Shown: positions 31,673 to 41,373 of the stretch, piece by piece | Layout of the letters: each line of letters starts with the position of its first letter | Numbering within the stretch: position 1 is the first letter of the stretch | Source of the DNA: Gammaproteobacteria bacterium | GTDB taxonomy: Bacteria > Pseudomonadota > Gammaproteobacteria > Eutrophobiales > Eutrophobiaceae | Assembly: GCA_028279365.1 (NCBI GenBank) | Contig: JANQNX010000016.1 | Span: 82,017-146,016, forward strand | Length of the DNA: 64,000 nt | Reading direction: 5' to 3' | Notes under the pieces: model-generated | Told to the model about the DNA's origin: nothing | Seen by the model: the letters and a program-made list of their open reading frames with translations, nothing else | The model's database searches: none | Program-made: the position numbers and the translations under genes

Positions 31673-32791
31673 TTATGTCGAAGCGATGACAAGGCTGGTC
31701 TGCAGCGGAATCAAGGTCGGAATGATCTGTTGCGAGCGGAAGCCGGCCATGTCTAACATTTCAAACAAACGTTCCGCTGTTCGGGGCTTGCCGCGGCCCA
31801 TTGCCAAAAAGTAAAAACCAAAATACGCGTCCGCCATGGCACCCGTTTCCTTAAGCCCGGACATGGGTTCAGCAATAATCAACTTGCCATTGCCTTTCAA
31901 TGCCTGCCGCGCTGATTTCAGCAATGTCATCACTGCGTCATCATTATGATCATGAACAATCCTGACCAGCGAGATCACATCCGCACCATCAGGTAACGCA
32001 TCACTCAAAAAACTTCCCCCGTGAATCGATACACGATCCGATAAACCGGCTTTTTCAAATTCCTGTTTTGCTTGTACGGATACCGCAGGTAAATCAAATA
32101 GCTTTAACTTTAGATGCGGGTATTGATTAGCGACCTTTCTTAGAAAGGTCCCATCACCGCCACCCACATCAAGCAGGCAGCTATTGTCAGAAAAGGAATA
32201 GGCCTCAAGAATTTGCTCAGCCACCAGCGGCTGAGATGAAGACATGAGATGGGTATAAGGTTTTATTTTCTCGCTATCCTGTTCGGATACCGATTTGTCA
32301 TCGATGTAACTCCAATATTGCTGCAGCTGGGTTTCCTTAAGCTCACCTCTCATTAATGCCAATGGGTCTTCGAGGTCACGATAAAACATACTGTGATGTT
32401 CAATCATCGCCATCACGCCTTCATTACCCAATAGTGCGGCACCATGAATACCTAACCCATATTTATCCTCTCGCAAACTGAGTAACTCCAACGCCACAGC
32501 TGCATCGAGCAAGCGCTGCATGGCTTCGTCAGGGATGTTGAGTGTTGTAGCGAGTTGATTTGCCGTATAGGTCTGCTGTTTCAGTAGTTGCAACAGATTC
32601 AGTCGCACGCATGCAAGCAATACCTGCGAATAGACAAATCCTGCACAGAGATCAAATAAGTCTTTAGCCCGTCGTCGTGCAAGCGGCCGCGTTATCGGAA
32701 ATTTTGCCGCCCAATGCTGAAAGCTCGGACTGGTCAGTAGATGATCTCTAAAGGAGTAGAACTTATTGCACAACGCTTCCCATATCTGCAT
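31673..32791 (-). CDS. crtF: Carotenoid O-methyltransferase (demethylspheroidene/hydroxyneurosporene O-MT)
   Basis: Class I SAM-MT with dimerisation domain and LLDVGGGDGTFL SAM motif. Position crtE-crtF-bchC. Confidence 0.75.
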   Translation of the reverse strand: MQIWEALCNKFYSFRDHLLTSPSFQHWAAKFPITRPLARRRAKDLFDLCAGFVYSQVLLACVRLNLLQLLKQQTYTANQLATTLNIPDEAMQRLLDAAVALELLSLREDKYGLGIHGAALLGNEGVMAMIEHHSMFYRDLEDPLALMRGELKETQLQQYWSYIDDKSVSEQDSEKIKPYTHLMSSSQPLVAEQILEAYSFSDNSCLLDVGGGDGTFLRKVANQYPHLKLKLFDLPAVSVQAKQEFEKAGLSDRVSIHGGSFLSDALPDGADVISLVRIVHDHNDDAVMTLLKSARQALKGNGKLIIAEPMSGLKETGAMADAYFGFYFLAMGRGKPRTAERLFEMLDMAGFRSQQIIPTLIPLQTSLVIAST

Positions 32792-32843
32792 AGCAATGCT
32801 GTGCTAGCGCATTAATAAATTTCGCCGGGCAAACCCGCGACGT

Positions 32844-33719
32844 TTATGCCGCACTTCTGATAATTTCTTTTGGTAGGAAACGCTCTGACTCTTGCAGCAT
32901 ATGCATCTTTAACGCGTCGGCTCCGGGACACTCAGGGATAGAATCAACCGCTTGTTGCATCAGCGATTTAAACCGTTTGATGGCTCCGGCCAAACCCAGT
33001 TCCTGGCACGCACTGGGACGACCCAATGCGGCATCCTGTCCGGTTGGTTTACCCATCTTTTCCGGATCACCGGCAACGTCGCGAATATCATCCGCAACCT
33101 GATAGGCCTCGCCAATGCAATCGCCAAGTTCACGCCAGTCTTCTGGTTCATAACCGGCAGCAGCGGCACCAGCCATGGTAGCGGCCGAAAATAATGCGCC
33201 GGTCTTGGCGCGTTGGTATTTTGCTAATGAAACAGTGGGTTCAGACTCCCAGGCCTGACCGGCACAAATACCATTTGGCGCACCGACTGAATCGCTGATG
33301 ATCTTGAGTAAGTGACAAAGTCGAGCAGGTTGCCCATTAGTATGGCGAGCTAGCACCTGAAACGCCAATACAATTAATGCGTCCCCGGTTAACACTGCCA
33401 ATGGTTCACCAAACTTTCGATGTACCGATGCTTTACCACGACGGGTTGCTGCATTGTCAAAACAGGGTAAATCGTCATGAATCAATGATGCACAGTGCAG
33501 TAGCTCAATCGCAATCGCAGCGGCGTTCGTGACATCACAATCATCTTCCTTACAGGCAATGGCGACTGCCATGCATAGCTTGGGTCGAATCCGGGCACCA
33601 CCGGAAAATACAGTATAATCAATGGCTTCGGCTAACTTAGCGGGACAATCAGGCGTATTCGAGACAGAAACAGCATCAATAAGACTATCGTTTATTCTTT
33701 TTATCGTATCCATACTCAT
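32844..33719 (-). CDS. crtE: Geranylgeranyl diphosphate synthase
   Basis: Polyprenyl synthase motifs LIHDDLPCFDNAATRRGK and DDIRD. Start set at MSMDTIK (ATG 33719); the ORF-track N-terminal extension is Cys-rich and unlikely. Confidence 0.8.
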   Translation of the reverse strand: MSMDTIKRINDSLIDAVSVSNTPDCPAKLAEAIDYTVFSGGARIRPKLCMAVAIACKEDDCDVTNAAAIAIELLHCASLIHDDLPCFDNAATRRGKASVHRKFGEPLAVLTGDALIVLAFQVLARHTNGQPARLCHLLKIISDSVGAPNGICAGQAWESEPTVSLAKYQRAKTGALFSAATMAGAAAAGYEPEDWRELGDCIGEAYQVADDIRDVAGDPEKMGKPTGQDAALGRPSACQELGLAGAIKRFKSLMQQAVDSIPECPGADALKMHMLQESERFLPKEIIRSAA

Positions 33720-33729
33720 ACCCCCAGAG

Positions 33730-33783
33730 TGTAAATTTAGACTGACACATAGATACAGTTTCTTATGTAAGCTAATATAGACA
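33730..33783. promoter_or_regulatory. Two TGT-N12-ACA palindromes (PpsR/CrtJ-type) in the divergent crtE/crtD promoter region
   Basis: TGTAAATTTAGACTGACA (33730-33747) and TGTAAGCTAATATAGACA (33766-33783). Confidence 0.7.
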
Positions 33784-33827
33784 CATGTACAGCCTAAGTC
33801 AATTTGATCTGAGCAATCACCACTAAC

Positions 33828-35330
33828 ATGTCCGAACAACAAGCTATTGTGATTGGTGGAGGTATCGGTGGTTTGAGTGCGGCAGTCGAACTGGCCGCCT
33901 CGGGACAAACGGTTACGCTACTGGAAAAGTGTCCCCAGGCCGGTGGCAAAATGCGCGAAGTCAATGTGCAGAATAAATTGATCGATTCCGGGCCAACCGT
34001 GTTCACCATGCGCCAGGTATTTGAGGATATTTTTCATATTGCAGGTACAGAACTGTCTGATCACATCCAGCTTGATCCGGTGATGATTTTGGCAAGACAT
34101 GCCTGGAGCGAAGAAGAACGGCTGGACTTATTTGCTGACATACAACAATCCGCTGATGCGATTGGTGACTTTTCGGGCAAACATGAAGCACAAAACTATT
34201 TACAGTTTTGTGCAACGGCTAAAAAGATCTATCAGTCCCTGGAAAAACCGTTCATGCTGTCTTCACGACCCTCCCCATTAACACTGACCCGACGTATTGG
34301 TTTGAATAAACCGGTCGAACTCTGGCGCCTGAATCCTTTTGTCACTTTGTGGAAAACACTTGAAAAACAATTTAGCGATAACCGTATTCAACAATTGTTT
34401 GGTCGTTACTCAACATACATGGGTTCCTCCCCTTACCTGGCACCGGCAACCTTAATGTTAATCGCACATGTTGAGCAGGATGGTGTCTGGACTGTCAGGG
34501 GCGGCATGTATCGATTAGTAGAAGCATTGATCTCAGTGGCAAAAAAACTTGGCGTCAAATTTCGATACGATGCAAACGTCAATGAAATCGTGGTTCATAA
34601 AAATGCCGTTGCCGCCGTCTCACTTGAGTCCGGTGAATCATTTCAAACTTCATCAGTAGTGTTAAATGCTGATGTGAGTGCACTGGCATCAGGTCAGTTT
34701 GGTGACACGATCAAAAAGTATGTACCGCCGATCAAACCGGATGAACGTTCACTGTCCGCAATCACCTGGTCGTTAAATACCACGACACATGGATTTCCGC
34801 TTGTCAGACATAATGTTTTTTTTGGTGATGATTATGCCAGTGAGTTTGATGATATCTTTACTAAAAAAACGTTTCCGAACAAACCAACCGTGTATGTTTG
34901 TGCCCAGGATCGCCATGATCAAACACAGCTTGGGCAAAATGAAAAAGAACGTTTGTTTTGTTTGATTAATGCGCCGGCAAAAGGTGATAAACATCAATTT
35001 AGCGAAAGCGAAATTAATAGCATTGAACAACGTGGGTTTGATTTAATGAAACGCTGCGGTTTTCATATTAATCGTGAACAGGATAACGCTGTGATTACCA
35101 CACCAGCAGAGTTTGAAAAATTATTTCCCACCACAGGTGGGGCATTATACGGCAGGGCCTCACATGGTTGGCTGGCTTCATTTAAGCGTCCCGGCTCACG
35201 CACCAGTGTCAATGGCCTTTATCTGGCTGGCGGTAGCGTACATCCCGGTGCGGGTATTCCAATGGCAGCGATATCCGGCAGGCTGGCCGCGACTAGCGTA
35301 ATTGAAGATAGCTTATCAGCAAAAAAATAA
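33828..35330 (+). CDS. crtD: Carotenoid 3,4-desaturase (hydroxyneurosporene/methoxyneurosporene desaturase)
   Basis: FAD-binding IVIGGGIGGLSAA. Phytoene-desaturase-family C-terminus. Position divergent from crtE, followed by crtC. Confidence 0.75.
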   Translation: MSEQQAIVIGGGIGGLSAAVELAASGQTVTLLEKCPQAGGKMREVNVQNKLIDSGPTVFTMRQVFEDIFHIAGTELSDHIQLDPVMILARHAWSEEERLDLFADIQQSADAIGDFSGKHEAQNYLQFCATAKKIYQSLEKPFMLSSRPSPLTLTRRIGLNKPVELWRLNPFVTLWKTLEKQFSDNRIQQLFGRYSTYMGSSPYLAPATLMLIAHVEQDGVWTVRGGMYRLVEALISVAKKLGVKFRYDANVNEIVVHKNAVAAVSLESGESFQTSSVVLNADVSALASGQFGDTIKKYVPPIKPDERSLSAITWSLNTTTHGFPLVRHNVFFGDDYASEFDDIFTKKTFPNKPTVYVCAQDRHDQTQLGQNEKERLFCLINAPAKGDKHQFSESEINSIEQRGFDLMKRCGFHINREQDNAVITTPAEFEKLFPTTGGALYGRASHGWLASFKRPGSRTSVNGLYLAGGSVHPGAGIPMAAISGRLAATSVIEDSLSAKK

Positions 35331-35336
35331 TTCCTT

Positions 35337-36272
35337 ATGACGTTTCCCGTGTTTAATCAGGCAGTGCCGGACAATGGTTATATCTGGTGGTACGTTGATG
35401 CGATCAGTGATGATCAGCAATACGCGTTAACGATTATTGCCATGTTGGGTAATGTGTTTTCGCCTTACTATGCGGCATCGAGAAAAAGGAAGCCGAGTAA
35501 CCCGTTGAACTACTGTGCGCTAAATGCCGTGCTCTATAGTAAAAAAAGAAAACGCTGGGCCATGACAGAACGTTCAGAAGCAGCACTGACACGAACTGAA
35601 TACCAGTTGAATATTGGTCCGAGCCAGGTCGAATGGGACGGCAACAAATTAGTCATAAACGTCGACGAAATTACCGTGCCGTTGCCTTCAAAATTAAAAG
35701 GCAAGATTACAATTCATCCATCTTCGATGGTCACGCAAACGGAACAGCTCGATAAAAATGGCAATCATCTTTGGACGCCTGTTGCACCCTACTCTGCTGC
35801 TGAAATTGATTTTGTTAATCCAGCGCTGAATTGGAAAGGGCAGGCATATTTTGATTCCAATAAAGGTAGCGTGCCACTGGAACAAGACTTTGCTGTTTGG
35901 GACTGGTCAAGAACACGCTTGTCGGATCGAACGGCAATTTTATATGACGTTACCTATTGGGATGGTGATAAAAAAACGCTGGCGATTAATATCGATCAGC
36001 AGGGACAAGTCTCACCATTCGATCCACCAGCAGTGACAATACTCCCGAACACCGGCTGGCAAATTAAACGACAAACACACAGCGATGATGCAAAGGCAAC
36101 AGTTGAGCAAACGCTGGAGGATACGCCATTCTATTCGCGCTCGCTGTTAAATACGCATATGCAGCAGGAACAAGCCATGGCAGTGCACGAGAGTTTATCG
36201 CTAGCAAGATTTCAATCAGCCTGGGTACAATTACTGTTACCGTTCAGAATGCCACGGCGTCGAAGTCAGTAG
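35337..36272 (+). CDS. crtC: Acyclic carotenoid 1,2-hydratase
   Basis: CrtC-family N-terminus (YIWWYVDAISDD ... TIIAMLGNVFSPYY). Confidence 0.75.
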   Translation: MTFPVFNQAVPDNGYIWWYVDAISDDQQYALTIIAMLGNVFSPYYAASRKRKPSNPLNYCALNAVLYSKKRKRWAMTERSEAALTRTEYQLNIGPSQVEWDGNKLVINVDEITVPLPSKLKGKITIHPSSMVTQTEQLDKNGNHLWTPVAPYSAAEIDFVNPALNWKGQAYFDSNKGSVPLEQDFAVWDWSRTRLSDRTAILYDVTYWDGDKKTLAINIDQQGQVSPFDPPAVTILPNTGWQIKRQTHSDDAKATVEQTLEDTPFYSRSLLNTHMQQEQAMAVHESLSLARFQSAWVQLLLPFRMPRRRSQ

Positions 36273-36399
36273 ACTATTCAGTTTCATCAGTGGATTCCTG
36301 CTGGCTTCGATTCAGTCGCAGTAATTCAATCACGCAAAATAAAATAATACCGCCGAAAAACAGCAGAATTTTCAGCATTAATAGCTAAAGGTTGTAACG

Positions 36400-36768
36400 C
36401 TATTTATCTACCGTTACCGGCACGTATTCCACTTCGCGATAAGATGTTGTCAGTGTAATCCAGACCCCATAGCTGGTAAGCGCAAACAACACACCGACTA
36501 AATCAAACAGCGTGAAGTATTGCGTTTTATCCATGACCATATAAAGGATCACAAACAGTATCCCCATTGTGCCCAAACCAAAGCGGATGAGCGGCGGTAA
36601 AAAATCTCCCATCATTTGCATGGAAGGATGGGTCGCCACTGGTTGCATATCCGGATGCTGAGTTTTATAGAACTCTCTACTTTGTATTACTCGCTTACGT
36701 TGATTAAACGCGGAATATAATATCCAGCTACCAGCGACAAATAAGATAATTCCGACCATATATTGCAT
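36400..36768 (-). CDS. Small 3-TM membrane protein downstream of crtB (unknown function)
   Basis: ORF with three hydrophobic helices. It sits where tspO/crtK lies in Rhodobacter but is not TspO-like. Confidence 0.4.
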   Translation of the reverse strand: MQYMVGIILFVAGSWILYSAFNQRKRVIQSREFYKTQHPDMQPVATHPSMQMMGDFLPPLIRFGLGTMGILFVILYMVMDKTQYFTLFDLVGVLFALTSYGVWITLTTSYREVEYVPVTVDK

Positions 36769-36795
36769 GATTGACCTCCTGCAATGTTTCGCTGA

Positions 36796-37857
36796 CTAAT
36801 TAACACTCTCTACCTGAACGATACGATCTTTCTTTTCCAGTCGTTCAAATATATTTATAACATTCAAGAATTGTTCTTTGACGTTCCACCAGGGAATCGG
36901 TTTCCAATTATCTTCATCGTTCAGGACAGAGCCGCTGTTATTAGCCAGCATTGCACTGATCAAAAACCAGGAAGCGTCGTAGTGTTTACATTCATCATGA
37001 CTTTGCAACTTGCCTGACTTGACAACCGAATGCGTTAGTAACACAACTTTGCGTGATGTCGGCACAACCGTACGAGTAGAAACAGAATCCCTGCCTTCTC
37101 TTGATAACTGACAACCGATCTCGCGATAGATGGCAGCGGCGGCCAATATTGCTGGTCGACACGCTCGCGGTAACATTGAAATACCATATTCAGCCTGTTG
37201 ATACAGATCGTCGGCGGTATCTATCACACGCTCAATCACCTTACCCAAAGCAGGACTAAAATGCGGATCCTGTAACCATTCATCCGGATCGATCTGTTCT
37301 TCTCGTAACCATTCGCGGGGTAAATAGAGTCTGCCGTTTTCGGCATCTTCACCCACATCCCGCGCAATATTGGTGAGTTGCATGGCCATACCAAGTTCAC
37401 AGGCTCTGGCAATGGCATCCGCAGAACGCGCACCCATGATCGCTGCCATCATGGCACCCACCGTTCCCGCTACTCGCGCGGAATAATCATGCAAGTCTTC
37501 GATGCTTTCATATTCCTTGCCAATAACATCCCAGGCAAAGCCTTCAAGTAAGCCTTCCGGAAAAGCACGAGGTATTGAGAATTGCTTTACGACGCTGGCA
37601 AAGGCGCGATCTTCCGGATGGATAGAATCCACATTGGAATAGATTTGATTTAATCTTGAATAGAGTTCTGTGAGTGCGGCATGCGGGTCGATAGCGTTGT
37701 CAATCGCATCATCGGCAACACGACAAAAACCGTAAAGTGACGCGGCAGGTTTCCTGATATCCGGCGGTAATAATAATGAAGCAGTATAAAAAGATAATGA
37801 ACCGCCTCGAAGTCGATTCAGACAGACACGAATATCAGTTTGCTGTTCTGTTCCCAT
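36796..37857 (-). CDS. crtB: Phytoene synthase
   Basis: Squalene/phytoene synthase motifs (YCYRVAGTVG-like ARVAGTVGAMM; DxxxD-type regions). Confidence 0.85.
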   Translation of the reverse strand: MGTEQQTDIRVCLNRLRGGSLSFYTASLLLPPDIRKPAASLYGFCRVADDAIDNAIDPHAALTELYSRLNQIYSNVDSIHPEDRAFASVVKQFSIPRAFPEGLLEGFAWDVIGKEYESIEDLHDYSARVAGTVGAMMAAIMGARSADAIARACELGMAMQLTNIARDVGEDAENGRLYLPREWLREEQIDPDEWLQDPHFSPALGKVIERVIDTADDLYQQAEYGISMLPRACRPAILAAAAIYREIGCQLSREGRDSVSTRTVVPTSRKVVLLTHSVVKSGKLQSHDECKHYDASWFLISAMLANNSGSVLNDEDNWKPIPWWNVKEQFLNVINIFERLEKKDRIVQVESVN

Positions 37858-37942
37858 ACCACCGCCTTTTACTCACCAGCAATGACCTGCTAGCGGCCTC
37901 TTTTTAAATATAACTGCATGATTTTATTGTACTAATATGCAG

Positions 37943-37985
37943 TGTAAATATAATGATACACTCTAATTGTAACAATATATTGACA
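37943..37985. promoter_or_regulatory. Two TGT-N12-ACA palindromes (PpsR/CrtJ-type) between crtB and the divergent ATP-grasp gene
   Basis: TGTAAATATAATGATACA (37943-37960) and TGTAACAATATATTGACA (37968-37985), 25 bp apart. Confidence 0.7.
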
Positions 37986-38028
37986 CTAATTGCACGCGTT
38001 ATTCGATCCCATTAACGGAAGCTAAAAT

Positions 38029-39159
38029 ATGACAACACATGTACTGTTAACTTTGGGGCGCATGCCGAAAGGGCTAGACCTTGCTCGCGGCTTCGCCGCA
38101 GCAGGTTGTGACGTCTATGTCGCCGATCCGCATGCGAATCATATTTCGCGCTATTCCAATTCCGTAAAAGAATGCTTCACCGTAACAGCACCGAATGACT
38201 CGGCAGATGATTTCGTAGATGACTTACTTAATATTGTTAAAGACAAGGCGATTGATATCGTCGTGCCTATTTCAGAAGAATCGGTTTACACCGCCAAACT
38301 AAAAGTCAGGCTACCAGAACACGTCATATTTTTCGGACCCGGTTTTGATGTCGCGCGTCGACTGCACGATAAATATGAATTTAATCGTTATTTAGTAGAG
38401 TTAAATTTACCGGCGCCGGAAACTGCATTATTAGGCACCGATGAAGCCAATGAACTGGTGCAGCAACACGATGTTATCGTCAAACCCATTCACGCTTCAG
38501 CCGGCATCGATATCATCACCGTAAATCAAGGTGATAGTTTACCCTCAGCGACCAACCGCCCTTCTCTTGTGCAACAACAATTACGTGGCAGATTGTTAAC
38601 CAGTTTATCGGTGGCAAAAGATGGACAGTGTTTACAGACCGGCATCTACGAAGGGCGTATCTTCACCGGTAGCGTTGCCATTGCCTTTGAACGTGTTAAT
38701 GATGCTGAAGTCGTTCAAGAGTTTGCGAAACGGTTTATTGAAGATAGTCATTACACCGGATTTATTTCATTCGATGTGTTTATTGAAAATGATAACAACG
38801 CCTATGCGATTGAATGTAATCCAAGGCTTACCAGCGGCATTCATTTATTTAATACAACGGATGTTGCCAGGGCCATTATGAGTGAGGCAGTGCATCCAGA
38901 AATCGCTTTACGTGAAAGGCTCTCTTTTCAACACTTTTGGCCAGCCTTAGGGACAACAGAGATGTCATTAATCAAAGGAGGTCCGTTTAAACATAACCTG
39001 AAGCACTTTTTAAAAAGCTCAGATGTGACCTGGTCTCGACACGATATCAAACCCTTTTTAATGATGAATTTTTGTTCTGGCGAGATTTTAAAAAAATATT
39101 TCTTTGACAAGATGTCACTGGGTGAAGCAAGTATTACCGATATCGAATGGCGCGAATAA
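38029..39159 (+). CDS. ATP-grasp family carboxylate-amine ligase (unknown substrate)
   Basis: ATP-grasp fold features: Rossmann-like N-terminus, central KPxxxSAG-type region, and C-terminal E-C-N-P-R metal/ATP motif (AIECNPRLTSGIHLF). Confidence 0.6.
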   Translation: MTTHVLLTLGRMPKGLDLARGFAAAGCDVYVADPHANHISRYSNSVKECFTVTAPNDSADDFVDDLLNIVKDKAIDIVVPISEESVYTAKLKVRLPEHVIFFGPGFDVARRLHDKYEFNRYLVELNLPAPETALLGTDEANELVQQHDVIVKPIHASAGIDIITVNQGDSLPSATNRPSLVQQQLRGRLLTSLSVAKDGQCLQTGIYEGRIFTGSVAIAFERVNDAEVVQEFAKRFIEDSHYTGFISFDVFIENDNNAYAIECNPRLTSGIHLFNTTDVARAIMSEAVHPEIALRERLSFQHFWPALGTTEMSLIKGGPFKHNLKHFLKSSDVTWSRHDIKPFLMMNFCSGEILKKYFFDKMSLGEASITDIEWRE

Positions 39160-40539
39160 TTACTGACGTTTTTTCACTCGACATTGAATCTCATGCTTGG
39201 GTCGCGTTGTGAGTCTGGCAACCGGCTTCACTTTTTCTTTATCGAACAATTCAAAATCAAACGCACGAACAATTGACGCGAGGATTAAGGTACTTTCAAT
39301 CTGTGCGAACGTCGCACCGGCGCAGACTCTCGGGCCTTGTCCGAAGGGAATATAGCTTCCTCTGACTATGTTTCCCTCTCGTTCCTGACTAAAACGATCC
39401 GGATCAAACAGTTCCGGTTCATCCCAAAGTTTTCTATGCCGATGAATCGCCCACGGTGCAATCATAATCATCGCGCCGCGTTTAATCTTCTGTTTCCCTA
39501 TCTTGCAACTCTCGGCAGCGACTCTGGGGATAAACGTTAGCGGCGGATACAACCGTAAGGTTTCGCGAAACACATTACGCGTATAAGGCAACTTTTTAAT
39601 ATCATCAAAGCCAATCTTGTTTTCGCCAACAGCCTGATCCACTTCATCGCGAATGCGCTGTGCCACCTCCGGTCTTGATGCAATAATAAAAAACGCCCAG
39701 GTTAAGACACTAGCCGTCGTCTCATGCCCAGCGAGAAAAAACACGCCTAACTGATCGATCAATTCATCCCGGGTAAACCCTTCACCGGTGTTTTCATCGC
39801 GCGCATCGACAACGGCGCGAGCCAGGCCATCTGCCGCTGCTTCATTAACAATCGATTCATCAATTAATACGCCCAGCTGTTCGCGAATACGTTTACATGC
39901 TGCCAACACTTCATCGGTTTGTTTGATATCGCTCCAGGCCTTACCAAATATCAATTGCGATAGCTTGACGTTAGACACACTGCGCTCAAATAAAGAGAAA
40001 CTTTCAAAGACATCCATCGCTACGTCGGATTCCAATGATTTGGAAAACATCGTGCGACAGATAATATCGGCCGTCAGATGGCTCATAGAAAAATCCAGCG
40101 AGAAGGTTTCACCTGATTCACTACGTTTTGTCAGCGTGTCTTGAAACTGATCGACTGCAGCCTGCATAGCATGAAAGGCATTCCCCAAACGGATAAAGGA
40201 AAACGCCGGTTCCACCATCTTGCGTTGGCGCTGCCAGGTTTCACCATCAGACACAAATAAAGAATCCCCGACCAACGGCGCCAACGCGCCTTTCATCAAA
40301 TCATTCTTTGGAAAAATATCAATCGCATCCGTCATCACATGGCGCGTGTATTCCGGTTTATTGACAATAATGATCGAGCGACGTGAATAGCCGAGCGTGC
40401 CGATATCGACTTCATAGGCGTCCTTCGGTAGCAGGCTCAGCAAATCGCCTTCACCACTGGCAATACTGCGCACCAATCCCATTAGTGGTGATAGTGGTTT
40501 CGGGCAAGGCGGCCGGAATAATGACTCAGCTGCGTTCAA
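39160..40539 (-). CDS. Cytochrome P450 monooxygenase
   Basis: Heme-ligand loop FGQGPRVCAGATFA. I-helix AGHETT. K-helix ETLRLYPP (ExxR). Confidence 0.9.
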   Translation of the reverse strand: MNAAESLFRPPCPKPLSPLMGLVRSIASGEGDLLSLLPKDAYEVDIGTLGYSRRSIIIVNKPEYTRHVMTDAIDIFPKNDLMKGALAPLVGDSLFVSDGETWQRQRKMVEPAFSFIRLGNAFHAMQAAVDQFQDTLTKRSESGETFSLDFSMSHLTADIICRTMFSKSLESDVAMDVFESFSLFERSVSNVKLSQLIFGKAWSDIKQTDEVLAACKRIREQLGVLIDESIVNEAAADGLARAVVDARDENTGEGFTRDELIDQLGVFFLAGHETTASVLTWAFFIIASRPEVAQRIRDEVDQAVGENKIGFDDIKKLPYTRNVFRETLRLYPPLTFIPRVAAESCKIGKQKIKRGAMIMIAPWAIHRHRKLWDEPELFDPDRFSQEREGNIVRGSYIPFGQGPRVCAGATFAQIESTLILASIVRAFDFELFDKEKVKPVARLTTRPKHEIQCRVKKRQ

Positions 40540-40599
40540 CTTAGCTCCTGATTATTTTTATCTTAAGGTCTGTACACTCAGCCATAACTTAGCAATACT

Positions 40600-41331
40600 T
40601 TGACTATGTTCATAGTGCACGCGTTTGAGACTCTTGTCATGATGCATATCGTGACGGGCAGTGTCGGCCTTGTGAGTTTATGGATACCGCTGCTGACTAA
40701 AAAAGGGAATAAACTGCATAAAAAAAGCGGCCTGATCTTTGTTTATTCCATGCTGGCAACCGGTACGATTGCAACCGGTATCAGTACCTGTACTCTACTC
40801 GCACCCGTGGACACGCATCCACATTTACTCAATCACCCTGACTTTGGTGATGGGCAAACAATCAGAGTGATCTTCGGCTGGATGATGCTATATCTCGCCT
40901 TCCTGACAATCAACCTCGCCTGGTATGGCTGGCGTTGCGTAACAACGAAAAACGATAGAAAAGCCAACCGCCGATGGGAGCAGAATATCTCTCAAGTCAT
41001 ACTATTAATACTGTCACTCAATGCCATGTACCATGGCTTGGTGAATGATGTGTTGCTGGTCGCCGGGATTTCCTTTGTCGGTATTGCCACCGTCGCGACG
41101 AACTTATGGTTTCTCTATAAACCTAAAGCCAAACCTATCGACTGGTTATTGGAACATATTAAAGGATTAGTCGGCGCAGGGATTTCAGTCTACACGGCCT
41201 TTCTTGCATTTGGTGCAGTCAGATTATTACCGGAAGCGGCATTAACACCTTTTCTTTGGTCAATACCTTTAATTACAGGATTAACAATAATTATTTACCA
41301 GCAATATCAAGTAAAACGTAAAACTGCATAA
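40600..41331 (+). CDS. Polytopic membrane protein (6 predicted TM, unknown function)
   Basis: Hydrophobic segments throughout. Divergent from the P450 gene with a 60-bp gap. Confidence 0.45.
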   Translation: MTMFIVHAFETLVMMHIVTGSVGLVSLWIPLLTKKGNKLHKKSGLIFVYSMLATGTIATGISTCTLLAPVDTHPHLLNHPDFGDGQTIRVIFGWMMLYLAFLTINLAWYGWRCVTTKNDRKANRRWEQNISQVILLILSLNAMYHGLVNDVLLVAGISFVGIATVATNLWFLYKPKAKPIDWLLEHIKGLVGAGISVYTAFLAFGAVRLLPEAALTPFLWSIPLITGLTIIIYQQYQVKRKTA

Positions 41332-41373
41332 TATTATGTAAATAGTACTTATATTTTCCAAAAAAATTAGTAA

